DNA of 63,614 nt, counting the filler, from Phoronis australis (taxonomy: Eukaryota > Animalia > Phoronida), in assembly GCA_002633005.1 (NCBI GenBank). It is 11 parts of 11 records of this genome, joined end to end, with 100 filler letters (N's around TTAATTAATTAA, not from the genome) between each part and the next. Parts side by side here need not be neighbours in the genome. Positions count along the whole stretch, not along the records: positions 1 to 26,054 come from NMRA01000278.1; 10 more parts are not named here. The stretch is one strand, 5' to 3'. A program made the translations under genes and the position numbers. A model generated the notes under the pieces. It saw only the letters and a list, made by a program, of their open reading frames with translations. It was not told where the DNA came from and ran no database searches. Below are positions 12,101-24,100 of the stretch, piece after piece. Each line of letters begins with the position of its first letter. The stretch's first letter is position 1.

Positions 12101-15100
12101 ATACAAGTCAACATTTAATGATTTTTTACGAATATGTTCCACAATTTTATTCAAATGCTGGTTAAAAATATTGTTGACTGGTTGATTACAGTCGTATTCG
12201 CTCGTGATTTCAGATAAAGGTCTGATTACACAACTGAGTTCCGTACCTGCACACTTCATGAAGTTCTTCTTGCTGTCCTGCTGACACTTGAGGGTCCTTG
12301 ACTTGGAAGACAACAGTATACTATTGTTGGCAGAGTAGAAAGAGGTGAGGGTGCGTGGGTCGTCCTTATCCAAGTACTGACTGTGGCCAGTGATAGATTT
12401 CCACGAGGAGATGTTAAGTTCTCTAGTATCCGGACAATCCAACTGTGAGATAGTCAGACCATTAGATGGAGCAAGAGGTTTAAGGCGCATATTACCACTA
12501 ATTTGCCCAATTTTAAGTAAAAGGTAAGGAAAAAGGAGTCTCCATCAATACAATGTATTAAAGCGACACACACAGCATCACCTTTGACAACCAGGGGAAT
12601 CTCAAATAGCATATGAGTCAAACAGAGAAGTGCTAGATAGCCCATCTATTCTTGTTAGATGATGGTAAGTCATTGCCCTATAGTTAGATGATGGTAAGTC
12701 ATTGCCCTATCGTTAGCTGGTGGTAAGTCATTGCTCTATCGTTAGATGGTGGTAATTCATTGCCCTATCGTTAGATGGTGGTAAGTCATTGCCCTATCGT
12801 TAGATGGTGGTAAGTCATTGCCCTATCGTTAGATGGTGGTAAGTCATTGCCCTATCGTTAGATGGTGGTAAGTCATTGCCCTATCGTTAGATGGTGGTAA
12901 GTCATTGCCCTATCGTTAGATGGTGGTAAGTCATTGCCCTATCGTTAGATGGTGGTAAGTCATTGCCTATCGTTAGATGGTGGTAAGTCATTGCCCTATC
13001 GTTAGATGGTGGTAAGTCATTGCCCTATCGTTAGATGGTGGTAAGTCATTACCCTATTGTTTGATGATGGTAAGTCATTACCCTATTGTTACATGATAAG
13101 TTATTACCCTATTGTTAGATGATGGTAAGTTATTACCCTAAACTTGCCTTGATTAGACCTGGATGTAGATCCTTATTTGGAAACCATAGTTTTGGTTCGT
13201 GTTTTCATAGAGAACCCTTTATTTTAATTCACAACTACGTAAAACAGCAGTTCACATGATAATATCACGAACTGAATGGAGTTCGCAGTTGCTTGAACTT
13301 TGAACTTTCACTTGTGCAATTTAGCTTAGAAGGGGACATGGGTTATGAAGAACCTTACTCAGTGACCTCAACTCAGTCAATTCAAAAATAAACAGTCGAC
13401 TATAAGGTGACAGTATTTCCTGAAAACAAAAAAATACTCACAAAATCAGCTTATTGGAACATTACTTTTTTAACAAAAAAGTGAAAATTATAGATTCATC
13501 TTTGTTCAGTGTTTCATTGTTATAGAGTCATCGCTAATGTAAAAATTGTTATACTCCACACAATAGGGCTTCAGATCATAAACAAGCCTCTTGATGACAA
13601 CAAGACTTGTACAAAATTAATCTATTGATGGAGTACTACATTTCTGATGGCACTTGGTGCTAAACAGAACAGCAATTTATTGAAACGCAACACTTCATCT
13701 GTGTTTAGCTTACCTGTTCTTTGTGATTAGCAATTGCCATGGTAACTACAAGCTCATTAACCGAAGAGGTGTAGGTAATGTCTTTGTACCAACTGTCTCC
13801 GTCCACAACATGGCCGACAACTGGAAATAACGTTAATCTCTAACCATAACATTTTTATGGAGAATGCCTGGCGACACCATAGAACAAGTTATCCTAAGAA
13901 CGAGCACTTGATAAGTTAAAAGGACACTAAACCTGGATTTGNGTCACTGCCCTATCGTTAGATGGTGGTAAGTCATTACCCTATTGTTAGATGGTGGTAA
14001 GTCATTACCCTATCGTTAGATGATGGTAAGTTATTACCCTATTGTTAGATGGTGGTAAGTCATTACCCTATTGTTAGATGATGGTAAGTTATTACCCTAA
14101 GCTTGCCTTGATTAGACCTGGATGCAGATTCTTATTTGGAAACCATAGTTTTGATTCGTGTTTTCATAGAGAACCCTTTATTTTAATTCACAACTACGCA
14201 AAACAGCAGTTCACATGATAATATCACGAACTGAATGGAGTTCACAGTTGCTTGAACTTTGAGCTTTCACTTGTGCAATTTAGCTTAAAAGGGGACATGG
14301 GTTATGAAGAACCTTACTCAGTGACCTCAATTCAGTCAATTCAAAAATAAACAGTCGACTACAAGGTGACAGTATTTCCTGAAAACAAAAAAATACTCAC
14401 AGAATGAGCTTATTGGAACATTACTTTTTTAACAAAAAAGTGAAAATTATACATTCATCTTTGGTCAGTGTTTCATTGTTATAGAGTCATCGTTAATGTA
14501 AAAATTGTTATACTCCACACAATAGGGCTTCAGATCATAAACAAGCCTCTTGATGACAACAAGACTTGTACAAAATTAATCTATTGATGGTCAGGAGTAC
14601 TACGTTTCTGATGGCACTGGGTGCTAATCTGAACAGCAGTTTATTGAAACACAACACTTCATCTGTGTTTAGCTTAGTTACCTGTTCTTTGTGATTAGCA
14701 ATTGCCATGGTAACTACCAGCTCATTAACCGACGAGGTGTAGGTAATGTCTTTGTACCAACTGTCTCCGTCCACAACATGGCCGACAACTGGAAATAACG
14801 TTAATCTCTAACCATAACATTTTTATGGAGAATGTCTGGCGACACCATAGAACAAGTTATCCTAAGAACGAGCACTTGATAAGTTAAAAGGACACTAAAC
14901 CTGGATTTGACCTATTAACAGATACCAACTGCGAATTGTTCAGATCAATACAAATCTTTAAAATAAAATAAAATAATGCCCTGTTGACATTGTCTATCCT
15001 CAAAAGTTTTTAGCATGTTTGAAAATTCCTTACAAAGACAGGTAGTAAACGAGACTAATGCTTTAGTTGAGTTACCATGACGATGACTGCAGGGGGGGTA

Positions 15101-18100
15101 AGCCTGACTAACAACTGTGAGGTAAGACTGTTTACTTCAAAACACAGAATCCCTTTCATGATACTGTGGAAAAGTGTAAAACTTTTTATTTTGAATAAAG
15201 GTATTAGCCTTCAAGGAAGGTACCAAGTAACCTCGTGCAAAATACATGAGGGACGCAATATTATTTTTCAAAATAATTTTTGGTGTACTGTACAAAATGA
15301 GGCAAGTGTTGCCAATAAGTGGAGAATTACTGTATTATTGTCCTATTCACTTGGACGAGACATTCTTTGCATTGTTTTCCTTACTGGTGTGTTTGTTTTC
15401 TTCGAACATGTTTTGAGTTTGGACGTGTGGTTGTCAATGCGTGCTCTCTATTTTCTGTTACTAAAATTTAGACACAATGGACAGTTTAAAGTGTGAAGAG
15501 TAAAAAGTTTAAAAATAATCTTTTTAAAAAACTTTTTCCACACACAAAGCTATCATTAACAATCCTAAACAGCGAAAACAGAAAAACAGTGACCTATGAT
15601 AATTCCAGCCAATCTTAAAGAAACAACTCCCCTACCTGGAGGGATGTGATCCAGGAATCCTGGGTAACTTGCCACGAACTGGGACCTCATTCTTGCCTTG
15701 TTAGTTGCCGTCATCAGCACGTAGTGAACACTATTGAGTTGCAGATCAACTGGCATGAACACCAGGCTCGTGTCATTGGCAGCAGCCTTTGTAGGTGCAA
15801 ACAAGGGCTCCAACTTGGCACCCGCAAGAGCTTTGTTGGAGCAATCGTCACGAGTTAGGTAGACATTGTAATAGTCAATACCAGATTCAGCATCGCGGAA
15901 ATCCTTCCATGTAACCTGCAGCTTTTCTTTGGTTGAGAAGAACGCGACCTCATTATAGATGTTGCCGATATCAATTTCACCCATGACTGGTTCTGTCAAG
16001 TCAATCAGTACAGGCTCTCCAACCTCTGTGTAGCAATGGTCTGCCTCGTTGATGGCTTTCACAATGGGGTAGTAATATGTGTTGTGTTGTAGTGACAGGT
16101 TTGTCAGGGTGACCATAGTGTCTGTTTTAACATCTGTCCAGTTGAGTACATCAAATGACATGTCATTGATTATGTTATGTGACATGTCAGCGTAGTTCCT
16201 GCATCCTGTCATAGAGGTCACTCGAGCAGCTACACCCTTAGTTGCTAGGGCAACTTGGTAGTTTATGTTGGCAAAGGTTTCACCAAACTTTTCCCAAGAT
16301 ACAGGAAGTGTTTTGTTTCTTGACCAGTACTTTTCAACCATGACACCACCTGGGCCGATGTCGTACTCATAACCCACGGCGATACCGTTTGAGTAACCAT
16401 CTGAGAATGAACCACTCATGGAAAAGGCACGAACAGCGCAGTAGTAGACAACATCAACTTTGGTCAGATTCAGATCTACAAAAGTGTAACTAAGGTTTGT
16501 TCCAACATCGACGTACCAGTGGATATTAGTTCGGGTGACCTCTGTTGAACGATCATTGCCCAAGCCCACCATATAGTGAGAGATCACCTTTGAGGGATCC
16601 AAAGACCCAGGCTCCCCAAACTCATCCCAGTTGCACTCCAAGTACGTGTATGGCTCGTAGAAGTTGAGATCTCTGTCTCTGTATGGGCCATCGCGTACCT
16701 CTCCAGGTTTGGGAGGATACTTGTTCAGAGTGACACCATCAGAGGCTGCTAGCACAGTCCTACCAAGAATGTCTGTGATGCGTATCACACTGTAATACAT
16801 CTTGAGATTCTCCAAGACCAGCTGGTCATTCATGAAGAATGTGTTGTCAGTTGGAATGGTGGTGAAGTTCTGTACAATGTAGCCTATCCAAGAACAATGT
16901 AATGTTGAGGATGAAGATCAAACTGCTGACTTCATTATTCAATGATAAAAGGCTCAGTACATAAAATGAACCCCATGTCAAGCCAACTTATTGAACCTTG
17001 CCTCAAGGAATAAACAGCAGTTCTTTCCAACTACAAGGCTGGAAATCACGTAGATATTTGAGACAAGTTTCATTTAGCATTAAGTAGTCTAAATCATAAG
17101 TTGGCGAGTTCACGTGCAATTTTCAAGAAAAAGAGTAAAAATGAATAATTTGGACAACACTAAAATGCATTAACTTTAAATTCAAAGAAAGCCCTCAAAA
17201 ACTTTGCCAATTACAAAACATAAATTGACGGAGCCCAACTCACCATCTGCCCTGTAAATGGCCCATTCAGCTTTAGTGACGATGGCGCCATTAGCAATCT
17301 CATAGCGTCCCTGTATTTGGCTCTCTTCTTCTTGGAAATCTGCATCACTCACTAGATCACCAGGTTTGAGGTCGTAAACTTTGACCTGAAGGTCAGGACT
17401 TATGAGGACAAACTGAGACACAGCTGAGGTGAAAAGACCAGCCGCGTTGACAGCCCTGACACTGGCTCTCAATGTTGTACCTAAAGCAGGATCATGGCAT
17501 TTCATGTGGTTTACAACTGCTACTAGTCAATTATAATTACTAATCTCATACTCTTCTGATTCATGATACAGGGCTACAATTGGCGACTTGTAGGTCGCCA
17601 ATGCAATCTTAGATTTTGTTTGGCGACCTGGACACAAAGTCGCTACACATGTATCTGAGCACGCACTCAAAACACTACAGGAAGTAAACAGATGAAAGTT
17701 GGCGCTGTTACATAATAACTGGCACGGTTCATTTATGAGTCATGCACAGGCAACTTGTGTGGATCGTTTGACTCAGCCTCAGTATGTAAGTCTGAACGGG
17801 ATATTGCACCAAGGAGGTGCAAGTTGGTTGCTGTCAAAAAGGCAAGCCAATCTTAATTTTCCATCGATTTTGGAATCTCACCAACAAAGACCCGGACTTT
17901 CGCAACACCCCCCCATATGAAGTTTCCTTGGCAATGTATTGACAACCCCAGTTCCTGCTTAGTGAGCAAGAAAAATTCCAGGTAGCATTTGGTGAGTTAA
18001 TGTTAAGTTAAGCGCTAAGCTCTGACAGCTATATGTTTAGTATAATGAATGACTCAATATTCGGTTCTGAATAAATTTAGAGCAGAATCCAGCATCCTAT

Positions 18101-21100
18101 GTGGGATAAAGGCGTCACATGACCTTAATGTGTGCACACATGACCTGAATGTATGCACGCATGGCCTGAATGTATGCACGCATGGCCTGAATGTATGCAC
18201 GCATGGCCTGAATGTATGCACGCATGGCCTGAATGTATGCACGCATGGCCTGAATGTATGCACACATGGCCTGAATGTATGCACGCACACCTTTCTATGC
18301 ATAGAATCTTTGTCTCATTAGCACTGCTGAGAGGATTTATAGTTGCCCAGTATTCTCAGGATGGCACAGCGGAGGCAAATATGTCAAACATGGATGACTA
18401 CAATCCAGACCATAAATTAAAGTTATGTATTGGAAGAGTGTTCGACATTTAACAAACAAGGCAATGTTGTACGCTGCATTGTAATCTATTTGTTAAAACT
18501 GACCAATACTTATCATTCCTACCTGCTGCTAGGTTAAGTCCCCTGATGGAGTGAGATGTGACCAAGCCAACAGACGTGAATGGTAGTATGGACGTCGATG
18601 ATTGAGCAGTGCCCAGTGCTATCTCATACCTAGAGAGAAACATGGAGACTGATCATCAACTGTTCAAACAGGAGCCAGGAAAGTCCCCTTTGCATTGTCT
18701 CAGTCTCAGCACCAGACGTCTGCTTCATGAAAGTGACCTAACATTTAAGACATCCTGCGACCTTTGGTTTTCTGCCCAGTACTCTAACCACGAGGTCACT
18801 GCATGAGTCACCCAGACTTAATTAGCATATCTCTTGATCTCACGTTAAAACAACAAGTAGACAGGAGGTGAAATATTTAGCTTGGTGTAGTTTCATTTGT
18901 ACAAAGGGCATTTGGATTGGATTTGGAAACCATGACTCAAATGCATTTCACCAATCCCCTATTCTACACATCAGTTCAGGAACGTACCTGTCCAAAGGTG
19001 TGTCATCAGCGAAGGGTGTCCATTGTACATCAATGAACGTCTGTGCAATCTGGCACACAACGTCCACATTGGGTGTCAGAGGGAATTTGGAAGGAGTCAC
19101 TATTTTAACCTGAAAGTGAACAGCACTGGCTTTTGACTGAGTTTGAAAAGTTCAAAAATTACATAGTAACCAAGGAAATAATTAATTCTAAAAAGAATTT
19201 CTGACTTGCACAAATTTAGATGTAGGAAAGTTTCACGTGAGAATTATTTAACACCACATGCTCTAGTGAATTGGAAACCAAAAATGGCATGTATCACAAA
19301 AAAGATTAAAGATGGTTCAATGGGTTGATTAAAGCTGACTTCACACTTTTATGTGCTGGCATCCAATCAGTTGATTCTATTAATACTTACATTTCTCAGT
19401 GGCAGCAATTTTATAAAAACAGCACAACTGTTGGTTGGGTTATTGTGAAGATGTCGCCAACAAATTAATAACAAAAACATTCTAAGAGATTCTACACTAA
19501 GTAGAAAAAGTCCTTAACAAAAACAGCAATATAATGATCAAATACAAACTAAAATACAATTACCTGACCAGCGGTCGGCGGATCAATAATGTAGATGATC
19601 TCATCCGACAATGAGATATCATGGCCAACACGGTTCTTCACACGAAGCGTGGCAAAGTACTTTACACCTGTACTTAAGTTTTTCTCCAGGAAATGGTACT
19701 TCCAGGTTCGGCGGTAAGGGGGCAGCACATACCAGTCTATCATGTCTGTACTGTTGTGAGAAGTACCAACGGCGATGGCCATGTCTGGAGAAAGAGATTA
19801 ACATCAAGTCAAAAGCTGAAAAAATTCTGCATAATCTTCGCTACCAAGACCTAGAACAGTGCCATTAGGACAGTTTGGCAATAAGAGATGAATGCGAGAG
19901 ATGGACGCGAGAGATGGACGCTAGAGATGGACGCGAGAGATGGACGCGAGAGATGGACGTGAGAGATGGACGCAAGAGATGGACGCTAGAGATGAACGCT
20001 TAGATGAACGCTAGAGATGAATGCAAGAGATGAACACAAGAGATGAACGCAAGAGATGAACGCAAGAGATGTCAATGTAAGAGATGAATTTAAGAAATGA
20101 ATTTAAGAGATGAATGTAAGAGATGAATGCCAACTGAATTATGAAATGCACAGCTAAAATGCATCACCTTTTCAATGAAGAAATTATTAAAGCCTTTAAC
20201 AGACAGAACACAACAGTGATGTGAAATAAACCAAACTCAGCTACATCAACTCACAAGTAACAGAACTCTCATTATCACTAGCGATACTCCAGCTGCAATC
20301 AAATCCCAGATTGGTGGCAGACACGTAAGGATAGCAGCGATAGTTCTCCACAAGAGGTGGTGTCACATCCACAGTGACACCTGGTGTTAATTTCTTGACA
20401 CTATTGCCCAGCTGATCAACAGATAGAACCTCCCCGAATACCTATAGGTTGATAAAGTTAAGTCTTATTTAACTTGTTCAGTGTAAATTATATGCAATCT
20501 TGGGAATACTTCTTAAATAAGAATACCGCACACACATGGGTCAGAATACTGGAACCTAGTGAACCAAACATTAAATTAAAATTAAAAAAGCATCCAATGG
20601 TTTAATCATCACCTAATTTTAGTTAAGACAATGCACCTCAGTGACCAAAGCTAAGATCCAAGTTACAACTTCCCTAAATATGGTGAAAAGACGTGGTCTC
20701 TAGTCTTATCATGTTTTCCATTTCAAGCGTTCTTTGAGTTTTCAAGGTACTACCTCTATTTTGCACGTCGAGTTTGTTTTCCCACAAAAAGTAGAACTCT
20801 GAAATAAATTCAATATTGCTAATTAAGTGTTACGAAGCATTTGTCCAAAGACTTTTAAGGTTTCTATGTTGCATAGGAACCACAAGAGGCTAGTTTGTTC
20901 CCAAAATATCTAGTTTTAAACATGCAATTTTTACCAGATCTCCCTGACCCAATTTCACAGTTCCCAGGGGCATGTAGTTGTCTGAAGTGGCCGTCCACTT
21001 GCGCAGGTTTCCTGATCCAGGAAATTGTCCGACACGGTAATACATTGTCTTGTTACCTACGCCTGTCAACAGACAAATACAAAATTATGTTACGCCTTAA

Positions 21101-24100
21101 CCACAAGTCCAAGTAAAATAGATCTGGACTTCGTAACATGTTAATCAGTTGCAGTTTCCTCTCATTAAAGGGCTAGAACATGTTTATCTTGTTTATTACA
21201 TATGGCCAATGGTCCACTTCATTTAGTTATTTTCGTCAGCTTTTCAGTTAATGTTTCATAAAGACCCTCAGAATAACATTTCAATAGTCTTGCTGAAATC
21301 TTCGGGAATACTCAAATTGGATGTTGCAATTAGTTTGGGAAAAACATAATCCTTGAATAAATTTCAGCACTGTTTTTGAAATTTTCAACAAAAACGCCAA
21401 AATATTTTTCGGTAAAATCTCACTGATTTTGGACAGTCACCAATTCGAACAAGATTTTCACTGTTTATCTCATTCGAACAAGTGCAGAAAGGAGTCGTTT
21501 GTTTTGCCACTTTCGGACAAACCCAACTCACTGATCTCAACTGTTTTCAAAATCCTCGGAAGCAGATTTTTTCAGAGAATTTGCATGGGCGCCTTTTTAA
21601 CTGCACAGTAAACTTTGGTGCCAGCAGTAATGCAACGGCTGCATGCCCAATGACAGTTTGCCAGTAAAAAGGGGGCTGCCAGAAGAAGCCCAACATGACA
21701 AATGTTAAATGCACATAAACTGCCAGCGCTCTTATGAAAAATGGTCATTAGTTGAAATGTTTTGAGTGTAGTGAAGAGTGATTACGTGCATACCTTTTGA
21801 TATGTGTAAAAGTACAGAGAGAAGTATTTGCGGCAAATTGGCAATTAACACCACATTGTACAGGGATGCTATGTCTGAGTCTGTAACTATTGCGTGTGTG
21901 TGTCACGCGCCATTTATGCAGGGGTTTGTACTGCTTAACACGCAATGGTGTTCTTATGCCAATGTGTACTACCCAGAAGACATTACTAAGTGTACACGCA
22001 AAACCAGCAAATGTTTTAACTACAACAGATTTTTAATGAAAAATTTTCATTTCAACCCAAAAATTGCGATGTGAGTAGCATTAAATTCTGCATAACATCA
22101 GGGGTGACTCATTCCTTATAAACTGTCCCATTCAAAATTAATAAGCACGCCCAGAATAGTTGCACGAAGCTTCCACTCATTGCATGGGCTGGCACAAGTA
22201 AGTTGCAGCAAAAATTGTTGTCCAACGATAGTTAATCGAGCTGCAGAGCAGCATAAAGTCTCCTGTGCATGATGCAGTTTTGGCCGGGCACGCGTGGTGC
22301 ACGGACTAGTCATCATGTTCTCTTTGTAACAAGCTCTGCTTTAATTTGGCTGCGTGTCATACGGCTCCCGCTAAATACTATAATTTTTACTACATGCGCA
22401 ATATCCAACAGGCACACAAGGCTTTACTGTCAACTGAAGAAAAAATATTTTGCATCGCATCATGGAAGGATAAAACCCAGACATATCGCTGGTAGTTTTT
22501 AGCCACGGTGGTGTTTGCAAAGGACACGGGAATTTCTCACAAAATCCTTTAATAATAAGAATTTTGGTAATGACGCAAGTTCATAGTCACAGTCGGAACT
22601 CAAACAGCATGCTCTGATAAAAAAAAAACGAAACCAGAACACAAGTCAGGCGCACAAACATTGGAGCCTTCGATGAACTTTACACTTGCATTTTCATTGA
22701 TAATTTTCGCTGCGAGAGACTCAGTGATTCTTTTCTTAGACAAAGTGCGAAACCGACAAGATAAATGCAAGACAGACTCGAGATACGGTACTATCATCAA
22801 GATAAGGTAAAAATTACATAGCCAGTGGCACCCATTCCCAAGTCTTACAGAGCAGTAATCATCCATTGACAGGTTTGGCCACATGAGAGTTGCATCGATC
22901 CGAATTTAGTGTTTCTAACTTCTTTGTCCTTGTCCACAACTTGGAAGACAGAAATCCGAAGTTTATGACAATGCCTGATATTTGTGGACCATTGAAAAAC
23001 AGTTTTACATCTTGTACGCATTTCGTGAACCATGGAAAACATATTTCGGAAATATTCATTCTTGCTCCAAAATGGCGGGCAAAAATCACGCGACTGTCTG
23101 ACATCAGTGAGATTTCACAGTAGCCATTACGAAAAAAGGCCATTGCACATGTCTCAGTGACAAGCATGCCATGAAAATCAGCCAGCTAAACTCAGTACAC
23201 CTACCATAACCTGTACCATTCCAACTAAACTACATCTACCACAGTCTGTACTGTTCCAACTAAATTGCACCTACCATAGTCAGTACTGTTCCAATGGAAA
23301 CTCAACATGTCTGCTTCCTCGGACTCGTAGAGTACGCGATGTGGGTCACTGAGGTCAACTACAGAACCAAACTCCTTCAGTTCCAAAATGGGTGGTGTAG
23401 AATCCAGCTGGAACCCGTCAGACTCGGACACGATGATGTCCTCATGGCAGTTGTGACCCGTGATGGCTCGCACAGTCACAAAAGCCTGTCAAACAATTAA
23501 AAATATTAATAAGTAATGGAAGTGACTCAAAAAGGGAAACTGAAATAAAATCAGAATGATGTTCATCTGTTGCCAAGGAGTCATGACTAGAAGAAGTTGC
23601 AAAATAACATTATTTACTGTAATCTTTGCAAGGCAGTGAAATGATGAACAAATTACTAAAAACAATAATTATTAATGTGCTCCAGTAGCCACCTTTTCCT
23701 TAGTCAAGTGAAGATTAGCCTGTGCATAGCCAGTATTGTTAACATCCATCACAATACCCTCCATCATGAATGGCTGAAGGTCTGTGTAGCCCGCCTGACT
23801 ACCAATACCCCAGTCATAACCTGAAACGAGATAGTACAGAACAGTACATTACAGTATATTAGAGTACAGAGTGGCACAGTACAGTATATTAGTCTAAGAG
23901 TACAGTGAGGTACAGCACAGTATTTTACAGTACAGTGAGTTACAGTACGGTGAGGTACAGTACAGTATATTACAGAGCAGTGAGGTACAAAATGATATAG
24001 TACAATGAGGTACAGTACAGTATATTACAGTATAGTGAAGTACAACTTAGTCTTTTTTAGTACAGTGAGGTATAGTACAGTATATTACAGTACAGCGAGG

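Noticed and set aside
12652-13140. 29-bp repeats resembling a CRISPR array
   Set aside because: The units are head-to-tail with no unique spacers, there are no cas genes, and the context is a eukaryotic intron. The GGTAAGT inside the unit is on the non-coding strand.
18049-18452. His/Cys heptad-repeat ORFs (HGLNVCT, MHAWPEC)
   Set aside because: A 21-bp intronic minisatellite with no splice or homology support.
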